A DNA stretch of 64,000 nucleotides, taken from assembly GCA_035259205.1 (NCBI GenBank), contig DATFWO010000099.1:812-64811 (forward strand), given 5' to 3'. Under the pieces are notes generated by a model. That model was not told the origin of the DNA and did no database searches. It was given only the letters and a program-made list of their open reading frames with translations. The stretch comes from Burkholderiales bacterium (GTDB taxonomy: Bacteria; Pseudomonadota; Gammaproteobacteria; Burkholderiales; SG8-41). Shown here one piece after another: positions 19,114 to 28,759 of this stretch (position 1 is the first letter of the stretch; each line of letters starts with the position of its first letter). A program made the translations under genes and the position numbers.

Positions 19114-22100
19114 ATGCTGCGACTGCTCATCGAAACCTGCGTGCATCGCCGCGTGGCGGCGGTATTCGCCACGCTGGTAATCGCCGCTTTCGGGTTGCAT
19201 GCCTACTTCAATACTCCGATCGAAGCCTACCCGGACGTCACCAACACGCAGGTTACCGTTATCACCCAGCTCCCCGGCAATGCACCCGAGGAGATCGAGC
19301 GCCGCGTGACGGTGCCGCTGGAGCGCGAGCTGAACGGCACGCCGGGGATGACCTTGATGCGCAGCGAGAGCCTGTTCGGCCTGTCGCTCATCACCCTGAC
19401 GTTTGCGGACGACACCACCGGTTTTCTCGCCCGTACGATCGTATTGCAGCGGACTTCGGCCGCCGAATTGCCGCCGGGAGCCACCCCGGAGCTTGCACCG
19501 GAAGCGACCCCGCTGGGCGAGGTATACCAATTCCGCCTCGCGAGCGACCGCCACGACCTCTATCAGCTGCGCTCCGAGGCGCAATGGAACGTCGTACGCG
19601 TGCTGCGTCAGGCCCAGGGTGTGGCCGACTTCGTGCCTTTTGGCGGCTATTTGAAGGAGGTGCACATCGAAGCCGACCCGGCGCGCCTCTACGCCCTTGG
19701 ATTGACCCTCGCCGACCTCGAGCAGGCGATCGCACGGTCGAACCTGAACGTGGGCGGCGGCTTCTTGCGCCACGGCGACCAGGAGGTAACGGTGCGCGGC
19801 ATCGGCTACCTGGAATCGGCCGAAGACATCAAGCGCATCGTGCTCAAGGCCAAGGACGGCACCGCCGTGACCATAGGCGACGTCTCCCACGTCATGCAGT
19901 CCTACACGCCGCGCCGCGGCGCCGTCGGCGTCGGGCCGGAGAAGGAAGGTGTCGAGGGCTTCGTGTGGATGCGGCGCGGGCAGAATCCCTCGCGCGTGCT
20001 CGACGGCATACACGCCAAGGTGCGGGAATTGAACGAATCCATCCTGCCCAAAGGGATGAAGATCGAGACGTTCTACGATCGCAGCGACCTCGTCGGCCTG
20101 ACCTTGAAGACCGTCCACGAGAATCTCCTGACCGGGTTTGCCCTGGTCGTGGGCGTGGTATGGCTGTTCCTGCGCAGCGTGGTCGGCTCGGCAGTGGTTG
20201 CAGTGGTCATTCCGCTCGCGCTACTGGTGGCCTTCGTGGGCCTCTACGCGCTGGGCCTTCCCGCGAACCTGATATCGATGGGCGCCATCGATTTCGGCAT
20301 CCTCGTCGACGGGGCCGTGGTCCTGGTGGAAAACGTGATCCACGCTTTGCGCCACGAACATCCTGCGGACCGGCGCGAGGTGCTGCGGCTGGTGGTGCGC
20401 TCGGCGGTGGACGTGGGGCGCCCGACCTTGTACGCCATGCTGATCATCATTGCCGCGCTGGTACCGGTCTTCACCCTGCAATCGGTCGAAGGACGCATCT
20501 TCCGGCCCCTGGCGCTTACCTATTCCTTTGCCCTGCTTGGCGCACTGGTGTTTTCGCTGACCTTGGTGCCTGCTCTGTGCGGGGCGCTGTTCCGGCCGCG
20601 GCATGCGCGGCTCGAGGAGCCGGCGTGGATCGAGCGGCTGCGCACGACGTATCGGGGCCACCTGTCGCGGATACTCCACCGCCGGACGGTCGTGCTTGCT
20701 GCGGCGTTCGCCCTCCTCGCCCTGGCCGGGCTTACGATCACGCGTCTTGGCACCGAATTCCTGCCGGAGCTGGACGAAGGCGATATCCAGCTTTTCGTCG
20801 AGATGCCGCCGAGCATCTCGCTCGAGCGGGGTCAGGACATCCTGCTCGAAGTTCGCCGCCGGATACTCACATTTCCCGAAGTGAGCAAAACCTTGAGTGA
20901 GCAGGGCCGCCCGGAGGACGGCACCGATAACGAGGGCGTCAACATGAGCGAGACCTTCATCCGCCTGAAACCCAGGCACGACTGGCGGCCGGGCTACGAC
21001 AAGATTCGCCTGATACACGAGATGCGCGCGTCGTTGACGGAAATTCCGGGGATACGCTACAACTTCTCGCAGCCGATGAAGGACAACATCGAGGAGGCGG
21101 TGAGTGGCGTGCGCGGCAAGGTTGTGCTCAAGATATTCGGCCCGGACCTTGGGAAGATGCGAGCCACCCTGGAACGCGCCAGGGATGCCCTCAAGCCGGT
21201 TGCGGGGATCGTCGACCTCGACCTCTATCGCGACGCCTCGACGCCCCAGTTGCAGGTGCGCTTCGACCGGCAGGCGATCGCCCGCGCGGGCATCTCGATG
21301 GAAGACGCCCAGCGCACCCTGGAGACTGCGCTGGCCGGGCGTGTCACGACGACGATGTGGGAAGGCGAGCGACCGGTGCCGGTGCGGTTGTTGCTGCCGC
21401 TGTCGATCCGGGAAGATGCCGAGAAGATCGCCGCGATCACGATTTCGGGTGAAGCGGGCGCACGGGTCCCGCTGCGCGATCTTGCGACCATAGAATCCGC
21501 GACCGGCCTCGCGTCGATCAACCGGGAAGGCAACAGCCGCTACCTTGCCCTCAAGTTCAACGTCGATGGCCGCGACATGGGATCGGTCGTTAACGACGCC
21601 ATGGCCGCGGTCGGCAAGGAAGTACAGCCGCCCGAAGGTCACTATTTTGCCTGGGGCGGCGAGTTCGAAAACCAGCAACGAGCGATGGCCCGCCTCAAGA
21701 TCGTGGTCCCGCTCGCCGTGCTGACCGTCCTCGGCTTGCTCTATGCGGCAATGAATTCGGGGCGGAGCGCACTGGCCATCCTGTTGACCGTGCCGTTTGC
21801 GCTCACGGGCGGCGCCTTCGCGCTGCTGATCGCAGGAGTGCCCCTGTCGGTGAGCGCGGCGGTCGGTTTCATCGCCTTGCTCGGGCAGGTGTCGTTGATG
21901 GGGCTGCTGGTGCTGAGCGCCGCGGAAGGGCGGCGGCGCAACGGAGAGGATCTACTGCCTGCGCTCATGGTGGGTGCGGCCGAGCGTCTGCGGCCGGTGC
22001 TGATGGCCTCCATGCTGGCTCTGGTGGGGCTGCTGCCGATGGCGCTCTCCACCGGGGTAGGCAGCGAAACGCAGCGCCCTTTTGCGCTGGTCGTGGTCGG

Positions 22101-22203
22101 CGGAATGATCACGACGCTCGCGGTGGCGCTCTTCGTCCTGCCAGTCGTCTATAGCCTGATCACGCCCAAACGTCTGATCACGCCGGAGGAGGCCGACGCA
22201 TGA
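19114..22203 (+). CDS. CusA/CzcA family heavy-metal efflux RND transporter
   Basis: 1029 aa, 12-TM RND architecture with heavy-metal-efflux-type N-terminus (PIEAYPDVTNTQVTVITQ.PG). Cu/Ag versus Co/Zn/Cd specificity not decidable by eye. Confidence 0.9.
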   Translation: MLRLLIETCVHRRVAAVFATLVIAAFGLHAYFNTPIEAYPDVTNTQVTVITQLPGNAPEEIERRVTVPLERELNGTPGMTLMRSESLFGLSLITLTFADDTTGFLARTIVLQRTSAAELPPGATPELAPEATPLGEVYQFRLASDRHDLYQLRSEAQWNVVRVLRQAQGVADFVPFGGYLKEVHIEADPARLYALGLTLADLEQAIARSNLNVGGGFLRHGDQEVTVRGIGYLESAEDIKRIVLKAKDGTAVTIGDVSHVMQSYTPRRGAVGVGPEKEGVEGFVWMRRGQNPSRVLDGIHAKVRELNESILPKGMKIETFYDRSDLVGLTLKTVHENLLTGFALVVGVVWLFLRSVVGSAVVAVVIPLALLVAFVGLYALGLPANLISMGAIDFGILVDGAVVLVENVIHALRHEHPADRREVLRLVVRSAVDVGRPTLYAMLIIIAALVPVFTLQSVEGRIFRPLALTYSFALLGALVFSLTLVPALCGALFRPRHARLEEPAWIERLRTTYRGHLSRILHRRTVVLAAAFALLALAGLTITRLGTEFLPELDEGDIQLFVEMPPSISLERGQDILLEVRRRILTFPEVSKTLSEQGRPEDGTDNEGVNMSETFIRLKPRHDWRPGYDKIRLIHEMRASLTEIPGIRYNFSQPMKDNIEEAVSGVRGKVVLKIFGPDLGKMRATLERARDALKPVAGIVDLDLYRDASTPQLQVRFDRQAIARAGISMEDAQRTLETALAGRVTTTMWEGERPVPVRLLLPLSIREDAEKIAAITISGEAGARVPLRDLATIESATGLASINREGNSRYLALKFNVDGRDMGSVVNDAMAAVGKEVQPPEGHYFAWGGEFENQQRAMARLKIVVPLAVLTVLGLLYAAMNSGRSALAILLTVPFALTGGAFALLIAGVPLSVSAAVGFIALLGQVSLMGLLVLSAAEGRRRNGEDLLPALMVGAAERLRPVLMASMLALVGLLPMALSTGVGSETQRPFALVVVGGMITTLAVALFVLPVVYSLITPKRLITPEEADA

Positions 22204-23480
22204 AACCAGAACTTCGACGCTGGGCCCTGGTCGCGGCGGGGTGCGCTTTCTGGAGCACGTCGGCAGTGGCGCAGGAAGGCGCGCCGCCGGACGCCGTGGA
22301 TCTTTCCGCGGTCGTTCGCCTGGTGAAGGAAGTCAGCCCGCGGCTGGCCGCCGAGCGCCAGTCGGTCGCTGTCGCCGAAGCGGAACGGGTCGGCGCCGCG
22401 GCCCTGCCCAATCCCACTGTCGGCTACAACTATTTCCGCCCGAGCGGAGGCGCCGCGACGGTTTTCGAAGGCAGCCGACAGCAGCAGTTCGGAGTCGAGC
22501 TGCCGGTTCCACTCAGCGGTCAGCGCGCGGCCCGGATGGAAGCGGCGGAGCGCGGCGTCGATGCGGCGCGGGCACGCGTGCTCGCGGGCGGCAGTACGCT
22601 CGCTGCCGACGCAGCAGCCGGACACATCGACCTGCTGGCGGCGCAGGAGCAAATGGGCCTGCTCAGCGCGTCGGTGACGGAGCTCGAGCGTCTGCGCACC
22701 ATCATCGTCGGGCGCCAGGCGAGCGGCATGGCGAGCCGCTACGAAGTGACCCGTATCGAGGTCGAGCTCGGCGGCACGCGGGCGCGCCTCGGCGAGGCGC
22801 GCGCCAAGGTTGCCGACCGTGCGGGAACACTGGCTGCGCTGCTGGGTTTTCCGCGATGGCGGCCGCAGGCCCTGGGTTCGCTTGCGCCGCTCGAAATCGG
22901 GACTGAAGCTCCGGCAACGGCCCAGGAGCGAGCGTCTGGAAGTCCGGCGGCCGTCGCGGCGCTGCGCGAAGAAGAAGCAGCGCGCGCCGGCATAGAGGTC
23001 GCCAAGCGCGAACGCATCCCGACGCCCACGTTCAACGTCGGGCGGACCTGGACGAGCGACCCGTTCGGCGCAGCCAATTTCGTGGGCATGAGCGTCGAGA
23101 TTCCGATCCTGGACGCCCGCCGGGGCCCTCAGGCCAAGGCGGAGGCGCAAGCCATCCAGGCCAACTTGCGGCGCCAACTGGTCGAAGCCGAGACCGCGGC
23201 GAACCTGGACCGCCTGGCGCAGATCATTTCCCACCGGAAGACCTCACTCGAGCATTTCGACCGGGAAGCCACGCAGCGCATTGCCGCCCTCAAACAGATG
23301 GCGGAAGACGCTTATCAACTGGGACGCGGCTCCATACTCGAGCTGCTCGATGCGGTGCGCTCGCGCTACGAGCTGCAACAGGCGCGCGTGGAACTGGCTG
23401 CGGCCTTGCTCGAAGCACAGGTGCGCTACCTTGCCCTGAACGGAACGCTGGAACAGCGGCTGGGCAGCGCGCGGCGTTGA
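22200..23480 (+). CDS. TolC-family outer membrane efflux protein (CzcC-like)
   Basis: Signal peptide plus two OEP-type repeats. Start ATG overlaps the pump stop codon (ATGA). Confidence 0.85.
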   Translation: MKPELRRWALVAAGCAFWSTSAVAQEGAPPDAVDLSAVVRLVKEVSPRLAAERQSVAVAEAERVGAAALPNPTVGYNYFRPSGGAATVFEGSRQQQFGVELPVPLSGQRAARMEAAERGVDAARARVLAGGSTLAADAAAGHIDLLAAQEQMGLLSASVTELERLRTIIVGRQASGMASRYEVTRIEVELGGTRARLGEARAKVADRAGTLAALLGFPRWRPQALGSLAPLEIGTEAPATAQERASGSPAAVAALREEEAARAGIEVAKRERIPTPTFNVGRTWTSDPFGAANFVGMSVEIPILDARRGPQAKAEAQAIQANLRRQLVEAETAANLDRLAQIISHRKTSLEHFDREATQRIAALKQMAEDAYQLGRGSILELLDAVRSRYELQQARVELAAALLEAQVRYLALNGTLEQRLGSARR

Positions 23481-23493
23481 GTCGGAAGGCGCC

Positions 23494-24444
23494 TCAGGGT
23501 GCGACCGGCGTGGCGCGCGGGAGAACGATGCCCAGCTCGCCCGCGACCTTGCGCAGCAGGTCCGGCCGGTCGGAAACGATGCCGTCCACCCGCCATTCGA
23601 TCATGCGACGCATATCGGCCATGTCGTTCACTGTCCACACCAGGACCTTCAGTCCCAGGCGCCGCGCTTCGTCGATCAGGTCCCGCCGGATTTCCTCGTA
23701 GTAGCAGGACCAGACGGCGCCGCCTGCGGCCTCGATCATGCGCGGGATGGAACCGCCGAAGCGGCTGACGTGCAGAGGTTCGGTCCACGGTGAAGCCGTG
23801 CGGGCGGCGAGGATATTGTCCTGCCACGCTTGCTGGGCGGTGAGATAGACGGTCGGGATCTCGGGCGCCTCTTCCTGCACCACTTTCAACGGCTCCCAGT
23901 CGAACGAAAGGATGGCGGTGCGTGCTGCTACGTTGCCGTCACGCACGGCGGCGATTACCTTGCGCGCGAACGTTGCGGGATCGGCTGTTTGCTCGCGCCT
24001 GAATGGAGAAAGCTTCAACTCGAGGTTGAAGCGTACGGTGTCGTTGCCGGCTTTGGCGGTAAGCGCGAAAAGATCGGCGAGCCGTGGGATGCGGGTGCCG
24101 TCCACCGGCTGCTGCCCGGAAAACCGGCCGGCGTACTCCGAGCCCGGCTTGATCCGGCCGACGTCGTAGCGCAACACCTCGGCGTAGGAAAGCTGGAAGA
24201 TTGCCGGTCCCGCAGCGTCCAGCCATTTTCCGTCGGGGGTGCGGGTGATGTCGGGATTGAGCAGCGGATCGTGACTGATGACGACGACGCCATCGCGCGT
24301 GATCGCGCAGTCGAGCTCGAACGCCGAGACGCCGATGCCCAGCGCGTGCGCGAAACCCGGTAACGTATTCTCAGGGGAGAGGCCTCGCGCGCCGCGGTGG
24401 CCTTGCAGCTCGAGCGCCCACGGGGCTGCCTTCATCATCTCCAC
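23494..24444 (-). CDS. Glycerophosphodiester phosphodiesterase family protein
   Basis: GDPD signature HRGARGL.PENTL..F and ELD...T.DG. GTG start as in the ORF track; an internal ATG 6 nt downstream is also possible. Confidence 0.8.
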   Translation of the reverse strand: MEMMKAAPWALELQGHRGARGLSPENTLPGFAHALGIGVSAFELDCAITRDGVVVISHDPLLNPDITRTPDGKWLDAAGPAIFQLSYAEVLRYDVGRIKPGSEYAGRFSGQQPVDGTRIPRLADLFALTAKAGNDTVRFNLELKLSPFRREQTADPATFARKVIAAVRDGNVAARTAILSFDWEPLKVVQEEAPEIPTVYLTAQQAWQDNILAARTASPWTEPLHVSRFGGSIPRMIEAAGGAVWSCYYEEIRRDLIDEARRLGLKVLVWTVNDMADMRRMIEWRVDGIVSDRPDLLRKVAGELGIVLPRATPVAP

Positions 24445-24453
24445 CTACTGCGG

Positions 24454-24501
24454 GTCACGGCTCGGGTTACGAGTCGCGGATCACGGATCACCGATCTTCG
24501 G
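24454..24501. repeat. Tandem heptamer array (TCACGGA type)
   Basis: gtcacgg (24454) and gttacga (24466), then contiguous heptamers tcgcgga/tcacgga/tcaccga/tcttcgg at 24474-24501. Fills the spacer between two co-directional minus-strand genes. Confidence 0.7.
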
Positions 24502-24503
24502 TG

Positions 24504-25211
24504 TTATCCGCCCGCCGGCGCAAACCCCGTCATGCGCCAGCCGCTTTCGGTCTTGACGAAGCAGGCGCTGTGCTCGATAGCGCTGCGCACCTGTTCCTCG
24601 GGAACATAACCCTCACCGCTTTTTACTTGTACCTTCACCCAAAGTTGCTTCTCGGTCGGCACCTGGTTCGCGACCTCCCAGTCGGTGACGGCCACGATAT
24701 CGTATGAGAGCGTCTGCAGGGTTTTCGCATCGCTGCTGGGGGCCGCCTTCACCAGGACGTCGCGGGTAATGATGACCCCGTAGTCGTGTGGTATCAGGTC
24801 CTGCGGCCACTTGGCGAGCAGATATGGCGCACAGAGCTCGCGCGGCCCCTTGTCGCGCTTCAGGTAGGCGGACCCGAGAAACAGCGCGGCCTTCAGTTCC
24901 CGCCACAGCGGGCTGTCCGCCGCGGTCACATCCCATTGCTTCCTGAATTCCGGTATGCCTCGCTGGCGGTTCAGGCTCGAGCGTACGTTGCGGTCGAGTA
25001 TGCTCAACACGAACTTGAGATCGCGCTTTTCCACAGCGTTGAGCAATCGGTTCCGGAAGCTGATCCACGACGGGTCCGCGGCGGCCTCGTCTACCGGCTC
25101 GAGCTTGCGTTCCTGGCAGAAGCCCGCGGTCGACGCGATCATCAGCAGCGACAGCAGAGCGTGGACGATCTTCGGCGCTGCTCCGAATAGATGCATTGCT
25201 GGCTTCGACAT
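24504..25211 (-). CDS. Hypothetical exported protein
   Basis: Start trimmed to MSKPAMHLF... with a hydrophobic signal-like segment (LLSLLMIASTAGFC). No family recognised. Confidence 0.5.
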   Translation of the reverse strand: MSKPAMHLFGAAPKIVHALLSLLMIASTAGFCQERKLEPVDEAAADPSWISFRNRLLNAVEKRDLKFVLSILDRNVRSSLNRQRGIPEFRKQWDVTAADSPLWRELKAALFLGSAYLKRDKGPRELCAPYLLAKWPQDLIPHDYGVIITRDVLVKAAPSSDAKTLQTLSYDIVAVTDWEVANQVPTEKQLWVKVQVKSGEGYVPEEQVRSAIEHSACFVKTESGWRMTGFAPAGG

Positions 25212-25310
25212 GGCGCGGCGCTGGGGACTTTGCATAGTGCTAGAATCGACGCTGCATCCTACCACTACGCGGACGCCGGCAACAATTTCCGGCGCCACCG
25301 CATTCCGCTC

Positions 25311-25532
25311 ATGGCGCGCATCGAAATCAAGTCAGAGATAACCGGCACGGTATGGAAGGTGCATTCCAAACCCGGCGACAAGGTGGAATCGGGGGATACG
25401 CTCGCCGTGATCGAGTCGATGAAGATGGAAATTCCCGTAATCACGGAGGACGCCGGCACTGTCAGAGAGATTCTGGTCAAGGAAAAGGATGCGGTAGCGG
25501 AAGGCCAGGTCGTCGCCGTGCTCGACGGTTGA
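25311..25532 (+). CDS. Small biotin carboxyl carrier / biotinyl-domain protein (73 aa)
   Basis: Complete biotinyl domain with the canonical attachment motif IESMKMEIPV. Start trimmed to MARIEIKSEITG. Confidence 0.85.
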   Translation: MARIEIKSEITGTVWKVHSKPGDKVESGDTLAVIESMKMEIPVITEDAGTVREILVKEKDAVAEGQVVAVLDG

Positions 25533-25573
25533 CGGCCAAAGGGGAAGGAAGGCCCCGCGCAGCTACGATCTAC

Positions 25574-25609
25574 CAGTCATGCTCTATCAGTCACGCATCA
25601 CCAGCCACG
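25574..25609. repeat. 14-bp-period array, core CAGTCACG (3 units)
   Basis: cagtcatg at 25574, cagtcacg at 25588, cagccacg at 25602. Exact 14 bp spacing. Spacer between the biotin carrier and carboxyltransferase genes. Confidence 0.75.
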
Positions 25610-25622
25610 CTTCATCAAAGAC

Positions 25623-27158
25623 ATGCCATTCGAGACGCTGATAGCTGAGTACGAAAAGCGCCGGGCCAAAGCGCTCGGGATGGGCGGACCGGAAAAGCTC
25701 GCCAAGAGAAAGAAAGCGGGCGTGCTCAACGCGCGCGAGCGGGTCGAGCGCCTGTTTGATCGAGGCACGTTTCTCGAGTCGGGGCTGTTCGGCGCCTCCG
25801 GGGTGTACCCGGACGAAGCCGACGAGACGCTGACGGACGGCAAGATCGCGGGCTACGGCAAGATCGGCGGGCGCGACGTGGCGGCAGTGGTGAACGACTT
25901 CACGGTGAAGGGCGCTTCCACCAGCGCGACCAACAGCAAGAAGGTCGCCCACATGAAGCGCACCGCGACCGAGCGCGGCATACCGCTCGTGATCATCGGG
26001 GAATCCACTGGCGCGCGGCTGCCCGACGCCATGGGCTCGCGCGGCATGGGACAGTTGCTCGGCAACGACCCCACGCAATTTCGTCGCATGCGCGAGACAC
26101 CTCTTGCAACTGCCGTGCTGGGTCCGTCATTCGGCTCTTCGGCGTGGCTCGCCTGCCTCGCCGATTTCGCGGTCATGCACAAGGGCGCCACGATGGCGGT
26201 CTCGAGCCCGCGGCTGATCGAGATGGCGCTGAACGAGAAGGTGAATTTCGAGGAGCTGGGCGGGTGGCGGCTGCACGCGGAGACGACCGGCCTGGTGGAC
26301 CAGGTGGTGGACAAGGAAGAGGAGGTGTTCGAGGCCATCCGGCGCTTCTTGTCCTACATGCCGGGCCACAACCAGGAAGCGCCGCCGGATGCGTCGGTGC
26401 CCGAGGGCTCGGGCGCGGAGATGGCCGCCGTCTTCGGCGTGCTGCCGGAGAGCCGCACGCAGGTCTACGACATGAAGCGCATCATCCGCGCGGTCGTGGA
26501 CCGGGACACGTTCTTCGAGCTGAAGCCCCGCTTCGGCAAGAGCGCGGTGACGGCGCTCGCCCGGCTGGGCGGCAAGAGCGTGGGGGTCGTCGCCAACAAC
26601 CCGCTGCATCGGGGCGGCGCGCTCGATGCCGATGCGTGCCGCAAGATAACGGACTTTCTCGTCCTGTGCGATTCCTTCAACGTGCCGATCGTCCTGCTCG
26701 TGGACACGCCGGGCTTCCAAATCGGCACCGAGGCCGAAAAGAGCGGCGCGCCCGGAAAGATCATGAACTTCATGAACGCGATGACGTTGCTCACAGTGCC
26801 GCGGCTTTCCGTCATCATCCGCAAGAGCTACGGGCGCGCCTACGTCTGCATGGGCGGCGGCCGGCATTCGGACGACGTGGCGGCGTGGCCCACGGCGGAG
26901 GTAAGCTTCATGAGTCCGGATTTCGCGACGCGCATCGTGCACGGCGTAAAGCCGGGCGATCCCGCCTTCCAGGAGAAACTCGCGGAGATCGAGCAGGAAA
27001 GCGATGTCTGGGGACTGGCCTCGGTGTTCGCGGCGCAGGCAGTGATCAAACCCGAAGAGACCCGCGACTATCTCATACGCATGCTTGAAGTTTACCGGCT
27101 GCGAATGACGCGCGGCGTCGGGCAGCATCTGATGCGCTGCTGGCCTACCTCTTACTGA
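25623..27158 (+). CDS. Acyl-CoA carboxylase carboxyltransferase subunit (PccB/AccD5-like)
   Basis: 511 aa carboxyl-transferase protein (GVLNARERVERL, NDFTVKGAS, LVDTPGF, RKSYGRAY). Roughly half the positions match the copy at 2739-4274 by eye. Confidence 0.9.
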   Translation: MPFETLIAEYEKRRAKALGMGGPEKLAKRKKAGVLNARERVERLFDRGTFLESGLFGASGVYPDEADETLTDGKIAGYGKIGGRDVAAVVNDFTVKGASTSATNSKKVAHMKRTATERGIPLVIIGESTGARLPDAMGSRGMGQLLGNDPTQFRRMRETPLATAVLGPSFGSSAWLACLADFAVMHKGATMAVSSPRLIEMALNEKVNFEELGGWRLHAETTGLVDQVVDKEEEVFEAIRRFLSYMPGHNQEAPPDASVPEGSGAEMAAVFGVLPESRTQVYDMKRIIRAVVDRDTFFELKPRFGKSAVTALARLGGKSVGVVANNPLHRGGALDADACRKITDFLVLCDSFNVPIVLLVDTPGFQIGTEAEKSGAPGKIMNFMNAMTLLTVPRLSVIIRKSYGRAYVCMGGGRHSDDVAAWPTAEVSFMSPDFATRIVHGVKPGDPAFQEKLAEIEQESDVWGLASVFAAQAVIKPEETRDYLIRMLEVYRLRMTRGVGQHLMRCWPTSY

Positions 27159-27163
27159 AGAGC

Positions 27164-27295
27164 GTGATGAGTAATGGGTGATGAGTGATGGGCAAAATCG
27201 TAAGTTGAACTGTTGGCTTACTACCAGAAGAAACAATCTAGCGCGACCAAGCCCTCGCTAGAGGGCAGTTCTACTCATTACCCATCACCCATCAC
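27164..27295. repeat. Mirror heptamer arrays (GTGATGR x4 / complement x3) flanking a central hairpin
   Basis: gtgatga gtaatgg gtgatga gtgatgg at 27164-27191. Complementary ctcatta cccatca cccatca c at 27273-27295. Perfect hairpin gccctc-gcta-gagggc at 27251-27266. Confidence 0.8.
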
Positions 27296-27296
27296 G

Positions 27297-28646
27297 ATGT
27301 TCAATAAGATAGTCGTTGCGAATCGCGGTGCTGTCGCTGCTCGCGTAATCCGTGCATTAAACGAGATGGGGCTACGCTCCGTCGCGGTCTATTCCGAGGC
27401 GGATGCCGGGGCGCCCTACCTGGAGCTGGCCGGCGAGTCCCATGCGATCGGCCCGGGACCTGCGCGCGAGAGCTATCTCAACCAAGATCGATTGCTTGAA
27501 GTGCTGCGCGAGTCACACGCCGACGCGCTTCATCCGGGGTATGGCTTTCTATCCGAGAATGCCGGGTTTGCGCGGCGCGTCAACCAGAGCGGCGCGCGCT
27601 TTGTCGGTCCGTCGCCGCGGTGGATAGAAGCGATGGGCCACAAGACCCAGGCCCGGGAGCTCGCGGCGCGCTACGGCATGCCCATGTCGAAGGGCTCGGG
27701 GATATTGCCGGAAGAGAGGGAGGCGATCGTGGCGGCAGCGCGCGAGATCGGGTTTCCGGTGCTGGTGAAACCGGCAGGCGGAGGGGGTGGCATCGGGATG
27801 CTGCCGGCGGCGGACGAATCCGCGCTGCTCGGCGCGGTCGAGCGCTCTCGATCCATGGCTGCCCGCGGTTTCGGCACGTCCGAAGTCTTTCTCGAGCGGT
27901 TGATGGAGCGTCCGCGCCACGTCGAGTTCCAGGTCCTCGGCGACATGCACGGCGCCATGGTGCACCTCTACGAACGGGATTGTTCCACACAGCGCCGCAA
28001 TCAGAAGGTAATCGAAGAAGCTCCCGCACCTGGAATCGCGCGCCCGCGCGCCGTCGCGCAGGCGGAGCAAGTGGCCGGCATCGTGCGCGAAATGGGCTAC
28101 GACAATATCGGCACGGTGGAAATGCTGATGGAGACCGAAGGCGCGTTCAGCTTCCTCGAAATGAACACCCGGCTGCAGGTAGAGCACGGCGTGACCGAGG
28201 AAATCACGGGCGTAGACCTGGTGAAAGCCCAGATCCGCGCCGCCGCCGGTGAGAAGCTGGCGGATATTCTGCCCGCTGGGATAGAAGTGCGCGGTCACGC
28301 GATCGAGGCCCGCGTTTACGCGGAGGACCCGAAGAATTTCTTTCCCTCGCCGGGGCGACTCAGGGTTTTCCGCCCGCCGCAAGGTGGGGGCATACGGGTC
28401 GAAACCGGCTATGCGGAAGGCCGCGAGGTGACGCCGCACTACGATCCGATGCTCGCCAAGGTGATCGCTCACGCCGAAACGCGGGAGCAGGCGGCGGCGA
28501 GATTGGCTGAGGCGCTGGAAGCGTTTGCGATCGAAGGGCCGAAGGTCAACGTGCCCGCGGTGCTCGCCGTGCTGCGCTCGGAGCCGTTTTGCGCCGGGCG
28601 CGTGCACACCGGCCTGATTCCTGAAGTACTGGGGAGAAAATCCTAG
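27297..28646 (+). CDS. Biotin carboxylase (ATP-grasp, AccC-like)
   Basis: Start trimmed to MFNKIVVANRGAVAARVIRA. GYGFLSEN, KPAGGGGGIGM, EMNTRLQVEH and HA.EARVYAEDP motifs of biotin carboxylases. Confidence 0.9.
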   Translation: MFNKIVVANRGAVAARVIRALNEMGLRSVAVYSEADAGAPYLELAGESHAIGPGPARESYLNQDRLLEVLRESHADALHPGYGFLSENAGFARRVNQSGARFVGPSPRWIEAMGHKTQARELAARYGMPMSKGSGILPEEREAIVAAAREIGFPVLVKPAGGGGGIGMLPAADESALLGAVERSRSMAARGFGTSEVFLERLMERPRHVEFQVLGDMHGAMVHLYERDCSTQRRNQKVIEEAPAPGIARPRAVAQAEQVAGIVREMGYDNIGTVEMLMETEGAFSFLEMNTRLQVEHGVTEEITGVDLVKAQIRAAAGEKLADILPAGIEVRGHAIEARVYAEDPKNFFPSPGRLRVFRPPQGGGIRVETGYAEGREVTPHYDPMLAKVIAHAETREQAAARLAEALEAFAIEGPKVNVPAVLAVLRSEPFCAGRVHTGLIPEVLGRKS

Positions 28647-28737
28647 CCACGGAAACACACGGAAGGGCACGGAATTTTCCAGAAGAAAGCCGCTGACGTT
28701 TGGTGCAACCCTCCGCGTGATTCCGTGGTTCCGTGGC
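28646..28737. repeat. CACGGAA / TTCCGTG inverted array element, copy 1
   Basis: cacggaa at 28648, 28658 and 28668. Inverted ttccgtg at 28721 and 28729. The left arm is near-identical to 59815-59848. Confidence 0.8.
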
Positions 28738-28759
28738 TGAATTGACTTCGTGATACGCA

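Noticed and set aside
17945-23480. Treating the heavy-metal efflux operon as a horizontally acquired island.
   Set aside because: No flanking mobile genes, tRNA or direct repeats, and no obvious composition break visible by eye. This cannot be assessed without computing GC or codon statistics.
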